Source of the DNA: Octopus bimaculoides
Taxonomy: Eukaryota
DNA: 35,131 nucleotides
Direction of reading: 5' to 3'
Assembly: GCF_001194135.2 (NCBI RefSeq)
Contig: NC_068988.1
Span: 96,683,954-96,719,084, forward strand
Below the pieces are notes generated by a model. The model ran no database searches, was not told the origin of the DNA, and saw only the letters and a program-made list of their open reading frames with translations. Shown here piece by piece: positions 1 to 10,951 of this stretch (position 1 is the first letter of the stretch; each line of letters begins with the position of its first letter). The translations under genes and the position numbers were made by a program.

Positions 1-32
<32 letters not shown>

Positions 33-225
33 CACATACACATACATATATATGCATCTATCTATCTATATATGTATACACATAGATACATCTACGTACT
101 CACAACCACATACATACACATACACATATTTATGCGGACGTATATGTATGTGTATATATATACATATGTACGCATGTGCGCGTGTGTATATATGTGTGTG
201 CGCGCGTGCGTGTGTGTGTGTGTGT
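1..225. repeat. Compound (TA)n/(CA)n/(TG)n/(GC) alternating purine-pyrimidine microsatellite
   Basis: Seen directly; explains the YIYI/CVCV pseudo-ORFs here. Confidence 0.95.
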
Positions 226-453
226 GGAAGAGAAAGAAGGAGAGAGGAAGTGGATTTTTAGAAAACAATGTGAGATTCGCGATGGGAGTTATTCAAGACA
301 TGTTCATTGGCTCTGAGTAACTTACATGATGTGTGTTACACATTCACATAAAGATGCTATTTTCGTCCACTAAACTAATCACACATACTCTACGGCATTC
401 GGATGGAATACGGGTACATGGGATGCTTTCTGAAATGAAATCATCTTCAGTAC

Positions 454-712
454 TAGTAGTAGTAGTAGTAGTAGTAGTAGTATAGAGAAAGAGAGAAAGA
501 GAGGGAAAATAGAGAAATATGTATGTGTAGCAGTATATTATATACATGTATATATGTACGTATGTATATATACATATATATATGTATATATATACATATA
601 TAAAAGTATATATTACATATATATGTATATATACATATATGTATATATATATATATATATATATACATAGATACATTCATACATATATACATATATACAT
701 ACATATATATAT
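454..712. repeat. (TAG)n tract (454-481) followed by GA-rich and degenerate (TA)n tracts
   Basis: Seen directly. Confidence 0.95.
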
Positions 713-2036
713 GCGAGTAAAAATAAATACAAAAAAGGTGGGTTTTTTTGTATGATTGTGTATAGAGGAATATATTATTTTGCTTAAAAGAGTTCCAACA
801 CTGTCTGTTTTTTATGTTTTATTTATATTCCTGCAGAACTAATGTGGGGTATAGAATATGGAATATACAATATATAATATGATATACAATATACAATATA
901 AAATAAAATAAAATATATATATATACATANNNNNNNNNNNNNNNNNNNNNNNNNNNNNNNNNNNNNNNNNNNNNNNNNNNNNNNNNNNNNNNNNNNNNNN
1001 NNNNNNNNNNNNNNNNNNNNNNNNNNNNNNNNNNNNNNNNNNNNNNNNNNNNNNNNNNNNNNNNNNNNNNNNNNNNNNNNNNNNNNNNNNNNNNNNNNNN
1101 NNNNNNNNNNNNNNNNNNNNNNNNNNNNNNNNNNNNNNNNNNNNNNNNNNNNNNNNNNNNNNNNNNNNNNNNNNNNNNNNNNNNNNNNNNNNNNNNNNNN
1201 NNNNNNNNNNNNNNNNNNNNNNNNNNNNNNNNNNNNNNNNNNNNNNNNNNNNNNNNNNNNNNNNNNNNNNNNNNNNNNNNNNNNNNNNNNNNNNNNNNNN
1301 NNNNNNNNNNNNNNNNNNNNNNNNNNNNNNNNNNNNNNNNNNNNNNNNNNNNNNNNNNNNNNNNNNNNNNNNNNNNNNNNNNNNNNNNNNNNNNNNNNNN
1401 NNNNNNNNNNNNNNNNNNNNNNNNNNNNNNNNNNNNNNNNNNNNNNNNNNNNNNNNNNNNNNNNNNNNNNNNNNNNNNNNNNNNNNNNNNNNNNNNNNNN
1501 NNNNNNNNNNNNNNNNNNNNNNNNNNNNNNNNNNNNNNNNNNNNNNNNNNNNNNNNNNNNNNNNNNNNNNNNNNATATATATATATATATATATACACAC
1601 ATACATATATATATGATGTGCATATACGTATATCTCTGTGCACGTGCATATATACACAGACGAGTGCATTTATCATTGTATAACATATTTTCGTATGATT
1701 CTTTTATCAGAGTTATAATGGATAAACAAGTAAACATGAATGATCAGCTCGTTTTCACTCCCATTTATGTTACGCAGTTAGTTTATTCAAACGTTCTACT
1801 TTTGATTTTTGGGGGTGGGGGTGGGGTCATTATTTACACAATACTTAAAAAACTTAATGTTATTTTTATAAAATATATATTCATAGATCAGCTGATCTTT
1901 TTCTGCCAAGATCGTCAAGACAGCGAATATAAAGACAATCCCTCTATGCATACAGTACACAGCATACAGCATAGAGCATTTCTCTCTCGATATAGAGTGA
2001 CAGCTAAAGCCTATGAATGTATTCTGTAGCACAGTA

Positions 2037-2244
2037 AAGGCGCCGAGTTGGCGGAACCGTTAGCGCGCCGGGCGAGATGCTTACCGGTGTTTCGTTTGTC
2101 TTTACGTTCTGAGTTCAAACTCCGCCGAGGCAAACTTTGCTTTTCATCCTTTCGGGGTCGATAAATTATGTACCAGTTACGTACTGGGGTCGATTGCCCC
2201 GCTCCTACTCCTGTATTTCAGGCCCTGTGCCTAGAGTAGAAAGG
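2037..2244 (+). mobile_element. tRNA-derived SINE, family A, near full-length, with 16-bp target-site duplication
   Basis: A-box-like TGGCGGAACCGTTA and B-box-like GAGTTCAAACTCC. Homologous to 10732-10951 (-) and 19929-20127 (+). Exact direct repeat ATTCTGTAGCACAGTA at 2021-2036 and 2245-2260. Confidence 0.9.
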
Positions 2245-2339
2245 ATTCTGTAGCACAGTATGGCCCTGAAACAAAGAAGCACTTTTAAAGCACCAACTTC
2301 ATTATTGAATTAGCAGCTAAAAATGTGGTTCTATCTATA

Positions 2340-2743
2340 GGTGTAGGCATGGCTGTGTGATGAGAAAGTTGTTTCCCAACAATGTGGTTCCGGGTTCAAT
2401 TCCACTATAGGGCACATTAGGCATATATCTTCTACCATTCCCTGTGCCAACCAAAGCATTGTCTGTCGATTAGCAGATGGAAACTGAAAGAAGACCGTCA
2501 TATATATGTTTGTGTGTGTGTGTGCGTGTGTGTGTGTGTTCGTCTTTTCCCACACAGCTTGCTTGACAACCGATGTTGTTATGTTTACGTCCCTGTAACT
2601 TAGAGTTCCGGAAAAAGAGACCGATAGAGTAAATACCAGATTGAAAAATCTGTACTGGAGTCGATTCGTTCGGTTAGAATTCTCCAAGGCAGTGCTCCAG
2701 CGTGGCCGCAGTCAAATGACGGAAGCCAATAAAAGATAGAAGA
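2340..2743 (+). mobile_element. tRNA-derived SINE, family B, full-length with internal (TG)n tract
   Basis: Head GGCATGGCTGTGTGATGAG...GGTTCCGGGTTCAATTCC (A/B boxes), body GGAAACTGAAAGAAGACCGTC, 3' end CCAGCGTGGCCGCAGTCAAATGAC. Collinear with 9459-9810 (-) and 32822-32979. Confidence 0.9.
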
Positions 2744-2819
2744 CATATATACTTAAATTGGTTTAAGTCAAATAAAATCCTTAATAATAATGACTTTATA
2801 GGGAGATAGTTAGAGTAGT

Positions 2820-2864
2820 CACTTCTGACGATGTCCCAAAACAGGGTTGAAACTTGCCCGGGTG
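2820..2864 (+). ncRNA. Decayed minimal hammerhead ribozyme-like motif
   Basis: CACTT-CTGACGA-T-GTCCC-AAAACA-GGGTT-GAAAC-TTGCCC-GGGTG. Both core boxes present, partial stem II, wobble stem I; stem III and NUH are broken. Confidence 0.35.
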
Positions 2865-3274
2865 TTCCCTCTTTTATTGCCGAGTAAAAACTGTATTAAA
2901 GACAAATTGTTTAGATGTCTCTACATAAAGTGTTGGCTAAAACTCCATCATAGACACATGTTCTGTAGTTAATTGTGAAGCGTTGAAACGAAACACTGTC
3001 AACAGACCAATAATTTCTAATCTTTCTATTTTTTTGGTTTCAGATATCCTACATCGAATGCTGTATTATCCAGTTGAGGATAATCTAAAAGAAATTCGCC
3101 TCATTTTTATTTATTTTTCTTTTTTGATTTTACTTGTTTGTTTAAAGAAGATTAAACTTGTGTGGAACGTGATCTGTTGGTGCAAACTTTGTTTCTTAAC
3201 AGACATATCTTTGACAGATGTATGTGCTTAAAGCAAGAGTGGAGCAGGCCAAAAACTGGGAGGTCCTTCACATC

Positions 3275-3435
3275 AATTGTAGGCGATCAGTGAGGAATGC
3301 GATGCTAATGCAGACAAACATTTGCCAAGTGAAGGCATTTGATAAAACGAAAGTTAAATCATAGAGAGAAGCTGGAGAATCATGCCACGGTTTTCAGGAA
3401 GCTAAAGTATTGGATGTGGAATGGAAAAGAAAAAA
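3275..3435 (+). mobile_element. Possible highly decayed Penelope-like GIY-YIG endonuclease relic
   Basis: Manual translation allowing frameshifts gives VG(D)..VRNAML.Q ... W.NHATVF.EAKVLDVEWKRK. This resembles the YxGET.R...EH...W..H....W...K(I/V)LD.E..W.KR pattern of PLE endonucleases. Confidence 0.3.
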
Positions 3436-3784
3436 AACCCCAGGAATAAGTGTGTACACACATACACGTGCGTAGATACGCAGATACTCACACACACACA
3501 CACACACACACGCACGCACGCACTAAGACACGCACAGCTATATACACACTGACTCTCATACACAAACATTTATCTNNNNNNNNNNNNNNNNNNNNNNNNN
3601 NNNNNNNNNNNNNNNNNNNNNNNNNNNNNNNNNNNNNNNNNNNNNNNNNNNNNNNNNNNNNNNNNNNNNNNNNNNNNNNNNNNNNNNNNNNNNNNNNNNN
3701 NNNNNNNNNNNNNNNNNNNNNNNNNNNNNNNNNNNNNNNNNNNNNNNNNNNNNNNNNNNNNNNNNNNNNNNNNNNNNNNNNNNN

Positions 3785-3833
<49 letters not shown>

Positions 3834-5479
3834 CATGCATATTTATTATTATGTTCACACACACACACATATATACATATACACACATACATACACAGAC
3901 AAACACCCTACTACGCCTCTATTCACAAGAAGACACACATCTGTATTTGTCACTGTTAAAATAGTTTTTTTTCCTCACTGATAAACGCATTTTGTTTCAT
4001 TTGAAGACAAATCGTTTTCGTATTTGGAACTTCTTGAATTACACCTCATATAAATAAATGAATGAACTCTAGAATCTGTGCATTGAGTTATTGATATTTT
4101 GAGATTGGTGAGATTCGAATTCACAAAGCACAAAATGGAAGACAAAACCGTGGGCCTGTGAACAGATGTGCCAACCCGCCGCCCCACATACAGACATACA
4201 GAAGAAACACAGCCATATATAATGCATGCACGTGTGCGCATGCGTGTTTGTTTGATTTTGTATTTTTGTGTGTAAATATGTATCCATCTATACATATATA
4301 TGAACATGTATGTTCTGGGGTGAACTTCGTCCTTATATTTTTTAACTGCTTCATATATCCGATAGAAGGGTCTTCCCGGGTTTTTTCATAGCATCAAAGT
4401 AGATCTTGGTTTAGATGTAGAGTCCAAATAAATCGGGAGAAATACATGGGTCTTCTCAGATCGCTTACTGGTGCTCTACAACCGTTTTCGTCTATGGTGG
4501 CGTTGTTAGTTTCGTGTTAGCGAAATGACTCGTGGTATAAGGAATATTTGTAAATATCGGGTCTGAATAACTCTACGTTGGCAAATAAAAGGCATTTTTC
4601 TTATTATGATTAGAGAAATAAACCATTTACTGATTTAGACTGAAGGAGTCGACATAAATGTGGAAGGAAACGTTCGAAACGAAATTATAAACGATTCTCT
4701 GTGCCTGCGCGTCCGACGGTGGAGCCGCCTACTGAGAGAAAAGACTCCTTTGGCGAACTTCAGATAACAACAGAAAAAATGTCACTTGTTTGAATTTTAA
4801 AAAAACACTTGTTGCCTATTCTCAAAATCTCGGATATAAACAAACCTCGCAGCAGCATACTTTGTGCATCACAATTTTACCGAAGGACGAAAAAAACAAA
4901 ACAAAACAAAAAAAAAAGCAGAAAAAGAAAGAAAAGACGCATTTTTTTTCGAGATTACAACTAAATACCTGAACAAAAAGTACTTACTTCTTTAATAAAG
5001 ATAACCATTTCTACGACCAGTTCTAAGGATATGTAAATTCGTTTGGTGTTTGTTCCTAAGAGTTAAATCGGCTTATGTCACCCCCACTACTCTCCTCTTT
5101 TTCTTTAATTCTCTGCAATCCTTCCTTCCCAGAACGGTGTCCCTCTGAAATTCCTTCCTTGCTCATATCTTTCTTGCAAATACCGACTGATAGAGTTTCA
5201 AAAGGAACGTTAAAGATACCAGTCTCACCGGACTGGGAGGGTCTACGAAGACTATCACCACACTCGCTTCATCCAGGCGCACCAGAACGGTATCGAAGGG
5301 ATATTTGGATTACCATTACAATACGAAGTCGTAACGTTGATATTTAACACCATGTGTAAACACAAAAGTATAACCCATACACACATACATATACACACCA
5401 TATATATGTATATATACATGCATCATATATATATATATATATACACATGTACAAAAACATATATGTATATACGTGATGC

Positions 5480-5515
<36 letters not shown>

Positions 5516-5931
5516 NNNNNNNNNNNNNNNNNNNNNNNNNNNNNNNNNNNNNNNNNNNNNNNNNNNNNNNNNNNNNNNNNNNNNNNNNNNNNNNNNNNNN
5601 NNNNNNNNNNNNNNNNNNNNNNNNNNNNNNNNNNNNNNNNNNNNNNNNNNNNNNNNNNNNNNNNNNNNNNNNNNNNNNNNNNNNNNNNNNNNNNNNNNNN
5701 NNNNNNNNNNNNNNNNNNNNNNNNNNNNNNNNNNNNNNNNNNNNNNNNNNNNNNNNNNNNNNNNNNNNNNNNNNNNNNNNNNNNNNNNNNNNNNNNNNNN
5801 NNNNNNNNNNNNNNNNNNNNNNNNNNNNNNNNNNNNNNNNNNNNNNNNNNNNNNNNNNNNNNNNNNNNNNNNNNNNNNNNNNNNNNNNNNNNNNNNNNNN
5901 NNNNNNNNNNNNNNNNNNNNNNNNNNNNNNN

Positions 5932-5978
<47 letters not shown>

Positions 5979-6264
5979 AACAATTGAAGTGATTCAATTT
6001 CGCCAAACTCTATTGTAAAGAAATTAGAAATCATGAAGCAATAAAAGAATCAAACGAAAACCTGAAATGAAATATTTGATTCGGAATGGTCGTCTGCAGA
6101 TTTCCTCGACTGCAAGTAAGTTATGGTTTCTCTTTGAACGTTCTCGGCGCACTCTTATCAGATTCCGTCAATATTGAGACATATTTCATGCATCTGAGAC
6201 ACTGATATTTACAAATACTGGTTTTTAAATGGATGTCAAGTGCAATCGAAATTCCACCTTTAAT

Positions 6265-6405
6265 AGTAATAACAATAACAACAACAACAACAACAACAAC
6301 AACAATAATAATAATAATAACAACAACAACAACAACAACAATAATAACAACAACAACAACAACAACAACAACAATAATAATAATAATAATAACAATAGCA
6401 AAAAG

Positions 6406-6438
<33 letters not shown>

Positions 6439-6470
6439 AATACTAATAATAGTAATCCTAATAATAATAA
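6265..6470 (+). repeat. Interleaved (AAC)n/(AAT)n trinucleotide microsatellite
   Basis: Seen directly; source of the poly-N/poly-T/poly-L/poly-V pseudo-ORFs. Confidence 0.97.
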
Positions 6471-6593
6471 TATATACACTGGAAGCTATGCCAACATTAT
6501 GGAATAACAACAGAAAAAAGATGGTATAAACACACGCCAGAAAAGGTCACAGAAAACGAGAAAGCAACCATACTCTGGGATATGCCAATACAC
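6471..6593 (+). mobile_element. 5'-truncated R4/Dong-clade (restriction-like endonuclease) non-LTR retrotransposon fragment, running into a gap
   Basis: Stop-free frame YIHWKLCQHYGITTEKRWYKHTPEKVTENEKATILWDMPIH matches the IHW.LC..YG....KWY.H.P..V.EN....ILWD..I motif between the CCHC finger and the PD-(D/E)xK nuclease of R4/Dong ORFs. Confidence 0.85.
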
Positions 6594-7486
6594 NNNNNNN
6601 NNNNNNNNNNNNNNNNNNNNNNNNNNNNNNNNNNNNNNNNNNNNNNNNNNNNNNNNNNNNNNNNNNNNNNNNNNNNNNNNNNNNNNNNNNNNNNNNNNNN
6701 NNNNNNNNNNNNNNNNNNNNNNNNNNNNNNNNNNNNNNNNNNNNNNNNNNNNNNNNNNNNNNNNNNNNNNNNNNNNNNNNNNNNNNNNNNNNNNNNNNNN
6801 NNNNNNNNNNNNNNNNNNNNNNNNNNNNNNNNNNNNNNNNNNNNNNNNNNNNNNNNNNNNNNNNNNNNNNNNNNNNNNNNNNNNNNNNNNNNNNNNNNNN
6901 NNNNNNNNNNNNNNNNNNNNNNNNNNNNNNNNNNNNNNNNNNNNNNNNNNNNNNNNNNNNNNNNNNNNNNNNNNNNNNNNNNNNNNNNNNNNNNNNNNNN
7001 NNNNNNNNNNNNNNNNNNNNNNNNNNNNNNNNNNNNNNNNNNNNNNNNNNNNNNNNNNNNNNNNNNNNNNNNNNNNNNNNNNNNNNNNNNNNNNNNNNNN
7101 NNNNNNNNNNNNNNNNNNNNNNNNNNNNNNNNNNNNNNNNNNNNNNNNNNNNNNNNNNNNNNNNNNNNNNNNNNNNNNNNNNNNNNNNNNNNNNNNNNNN
7201 NNNNNNNNNNNNNNNNNNNNNNNNNNNNNNNNNNNNNNNNNNNNNNNNNNNNNNNNNNNNNNNNNNNNNNNNNNNNNNNNNNNNNNNNNNNNNNNNNNNN
7301 NNNNNNNNNNNNNNNNNNNNNNNNNNNNNNNNNNNNNNNNNNNNNNNNNNNNNNNNNNNNNNNNNNNNNNNNNNNNNNNNNNNNNNNNNNNNNNNNNNNN
7401 NNNNNNNNNNNNNNNNNNNNNNNNNNNNNNNNNNNNNNNNNNNNNNNNNNNNNNNNNNNNNNNNNNNNNNNNNNNCTGTCACCACC

Positions 7487-7521
<35 letters not shown>

Positions 7522-7644
7522 CAGGAAGTAAATAGACACCATTAATTTTCAAAATCTTTTATTTAATACGCAAAGCAAACAATTGAAATGTAATCGATAG
7601 ATAGGACTACATACTTTAGTATTTAGTTGACATTCCCTTTGCAG

Positions 7645-7692
7645 TTTTTAATTCAGAAACTCTTTTTAATTCAGAAACTCTAATTCAGAAAC
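7645..7692 (+). repeat. 18-bp tandem repeat, 2.7 copies (TTTTTAATTCAGAAACTC)
   Basis: Exact copies at 7645-7662 and 7663-7680, partial third copy at 7681-7692. Confidence 0.95.
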
Positions 7693-7695
7693 GTA

Positions 7696-7761
7696 TTCGA
7701 CTAAACTATTGAAGGTGATGCCCCAGCATGGCCGCAGTCCAATGAGTGAAACAAGTCAAAC
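7696..7761 (+). mobile_element. 3' fragment of family B SINE or a related tail
   Basis: CCCCAGCATGGCCGCAGTCCAATGAGTGAAACAAGT matches the 3' ends at 2696-2730 and 32941-32976. Confidence 0.75.
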
Positions 7762-8280
7762 CTACCACGTTTTCCCAGTATAATCTTTAGGTATTTTGGT
7801 CTTCATTCCTTTACTGTTATTAAACAAACCCAATTGTCTTATGAGATTCATTTTTTACGCAGATATTTTTAAATTCCTCCCTCAGGGATATCACAACCTC
7901 AAGAAATGGATGTAGGAGGTGGTATATTTTCTCAATTTGTATGTTTCTTTAATTCTCTTTAGAGACCTCATTGTACACTTTTGGAACGTAAGTCTGACTC
8001 TTTCTCTCTCAGCTTCTCAACTCTTGACAATCTCCATCATTTTCACTATACAACCATTTTACACACACTTTATCCATTAGGATGTCTTTAATAGTTTTGT
8101 TTCTCCACCAAATCATAAACATTATAAACCCCGTCACCTCGGCCCCCTACAACGACTATTGCCGTGTCATTTACCTTCTGTTATTCACCTTCCCTTCACT
8201 TTCTTCCCTCGGAACCCATCATTTCTGCCATTAACTCGATCCGCCTTTTCACTTCTCTCGTCATTCCCACCAACCAAATC

Positions 8281-9100
8281 CATCACCATTATTACGTTCA
8301 CCTTCCACCACCACCACCACCACCACCACCACCACCNNNNNNNNNNNNNNNNNNNNNNNNNNNNNNNNNNNNNNNNNNNNNNNNNNNNNNNNNNNNNNNN
8401 NNNNNNNNNNNNNNNNNNNNNNNNNNNNNNNNNNNNNNNNNNNNNNNNNNNNNNNNNNNNNNNNNNNNNNNNNNNNNNNNNNNNNNNNNNNNNNNNNNNN
8501 NNNNNNNNNNNNNNNNNNNNNNNNNNNNNNNNNNNNNNNNNNNNNNNNNNNNNNNNNNNNNNNNNNNNNNNNNNNNNNNNNNNNNNNNNNNNNNNNNNNN
8601 NNNNNNNNNNNNNNNNNNNNNNNNNNNNNNNNNNNNNNNNNNNNNNNNNNNNNNNNNNNNNNNNNNNNNNNNNNNNNNNNNNNNNNNNNNNNNNNNNNNN
8701 NNNNNNNNNNNNNNNNNNNNNNNNNNNNNNNNNNNNNNNNNNNNNNNNNNNNNNNNNNNNNNNNNNNNNNNNNNNNNNNNNNNNNNNNNNNNNNNNNNNN
8801 NNNNNNNNNNNNNNNNNNNNNNNCCACCACCACCACCACCACCACCACCACCTCAGCTACCATTACTAATAACGGATATTAACAAACGTCCGTTTCTCTT
8901 AACATAAATGCCATCGCTATCATCGTAAACACTAGTTTTTCAAATAACCACCTCACTACCCGAACGCTACCTCACACCAACACCACTACGACCTCAACCA
9001 CCATTACCATCTCGTCCTCCTTCCATCCTCCTTTTCATCGTCATCATCATCATCATCGTCATCATCAGCATCATCATCATCATCATCATCATCAACATCA
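8281..9100. repeat. (CAC)n tract around a gap, then a degenerate CAC/CAT trinucleotide region
   Basis: Seen directly. Confidence 0.9.
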
Positions 9101-9458
9101 TCCCTACTCCCATTGTATACATCGTCACCATTATCCTCTGAAATATCGATCCCTGCAATCCGTACCCTAACTCTAATATTTGTCACTGTTCGATCATCAA
9201 CCACGAAACCCATGTGCAACTAAATTCAGCGCCAAAAACCCATCGTCTGCCACTTCACCCAGTGGTTAACTCCAATTAAACTAACAATAACACATTCAGG
9301 CTCGTCCTTAACTGACCACCACTACAGACACCACTAAAGATCGTCAAAACTGCAACTATTACAAAGACCGCTAGAAACGTACGCGAGAAATTCTACACAA
9401 TGCTTCGATCTGCTAGAAATATCAACCAAATCTTTTATATATATGCATATATATATAT

Positions 9459-9810
9459 TCTTTTACTCTTTTACGTGTTTCCGTCATTTGACTGCGGCCA
9501 TGTTGATCAAATCGACCCTAGGAATTATTCTTTGTCAGCCTAGTGCTTATTCTATGAGTGTTTTGCCCAAGAGCTAGGTTACGGGAACGTAAACACACTA
9601 GCATCGGTTGTCAAACGATGTTGGAGGTGGACAAACACAGACACACAGACATACGCATATTCAGTTTCCGCCTACCAAATCCATTCACAAAGCTTTGGTC
9701 GACCCGAGGCTATAATAGAAGACACTTGCCCAAAGTACCAAAAATGGGACTGAACCCGGAACCATGTGGCTGGTAAGCAAAGCTACTTACCAAACAGCCA
9801 CTCCTGTGCC
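9459..9810 (-). mobile_element. tRNA-derived SINE, family B, lying within (TA)n
   Basis: Reverse complement reads GGCACAGGAGTGGCTGTTTGGTAAGTAGC...GGTTCCGGGTTCAGTCCC...GGAAACTGAA...CATGGCCGCAGTCAAATGACGGAAACACGTAAAAGAGTAAAAGA. TA-rich sequence on both flanks. Confidence 0.9.
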
Positions 9811-10731
9811 TATATATATATATATATATATATATATNNNNNNNNNNNNNNNNNNNNNNNNNNNNNNNNNNNNNNNNNNNNNNNNNNNNNNNNNNNNNNN
9901 NNNNNNNNNNNNNNNNNNNNNNNNNNNNNNNNNNNNNNNNNNNNNNNNNNNNNNNNNNNNNNNNNNNNNNNNNNNNNNNNNNNNNNNNNNNNNNNNNNNN
10001 NNNNNNNNNNNNNNNNNNNNNNNNNNNNNNNNNNNNNNNNNNNNNNNNNNNNNNNNNNNNNNNNNNNNNNNNNNNNNNNNNNNNNNNNNNNNNNNNNNNN
10101 NNNNNNNNNNNNNNNNNNNNNNNNNNNNNNNNNNNNNNNNNNNNNNNNNNNNNNNNNNNNNNNNNNNNNNNNNNNNNNNNNNNNNNNNNNNNNNNNNNNN
10201 NNNNNNNNNNNNNNNNNNNNNNNNNNNNNNNNNNNNNNNNNNNNNNNNNNNNNNNNNNNNNNNNNNNNNNNNNNNNNNNNNNNNNNNNNNNNNNNNNNNN
10301 NNNNNNNNNNNNNNNNNNNNNNNNNNNNNNNNNNNNNNNNNNNNNNNNNNNNNNNNNNNNNNNNNNNNNNNNNNNNNNNNNNNTACATATATATACATAC
10401 ATGTATATATACACACACACACACATATGTATATGTAGAAGGTTGAAAAGGAACACACGAGTTGATATATATACGGAAAATAAGACAAGGTAGGAAATGC
10501 TAAAATAATTTTATCATGAAGAACATTTTAGGACCGGTTTCAGTCATTAAGACTATTAAATTGTAGAAAAATTAAATGAAATGTTTTTTAAAAATATTTC
10601 CATCGTTTTAAAATACATGGGATATTTTCCTTTTTCCTGTCTGTCTTTTTTTTTTTACTTTTACCTTACTTCACTAGTTGTGAACAGCTGACACTGTAGT
10701 ACATCTCCAGTATTAGAAGCTGCGCAAAGCC

Positions 10732-10951
10732 AATAATAATAATGATAATAATAACGATTTCAAATTTTGGCACAAGGAGGTGTTAAGCTGATTCAATTAA
10801 CATCGGTGTTCGACTGGTACTTAATTTATCAACCCCAAAAGGATGACAGGCAAAGTCGAACTCGGCGGAATTTGAACTCAGAACGTAGCGGCAGACGAAA
10901 TATTGCTAAGCATTTCGCCCGTCGTGCTAAAGATTCTGCCAGTTCGCCGCC
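10732..10951 (-). mobile_element. tRNA-derived SINE, family A, with (TTA)n tail
   Basis: Reverse complement reads GGCGGCGAACTGGCAGAATCTTTAGCACGACGGGCGAAATGC...GAGTTCAAATTCCGCCGAG. Collinear with 2037-2244. Confidence 0.9.

Noticed and set aside
326-429. Minus-strand exon-like segment (TTTCATTTCAG...GTAAGT)
   Set aside because: All three frames contain stops before the donor; no independent support.
405-455. Minus-strand CTGAAGA-TGA..TCA-GAAA hammerhead-like string
   Set aside because: No stem III with an NUH in register and no stem I; adjacent to (TAG)n.
6265-6470. Poly-Asn/poly-Thr protein-like repeat
   Set aside because: An interleaved AAC/AAT microsatellite open in several frames; no splice or domain context.
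7645-7692. CRISPR-like or other repeat-spacer array
   Set aside because: Directly abutting tandem copies without spacers, in eukaryotic DNA; no such array is seen anywhere in the window.
7863-7938. Plus-strand exon-like segment (TTTTTACGCAG...GTATGT)
   Set aside because: The only open frame gives an unrecognisable peptide; such signals arise often by chance in AT-rich DNA.
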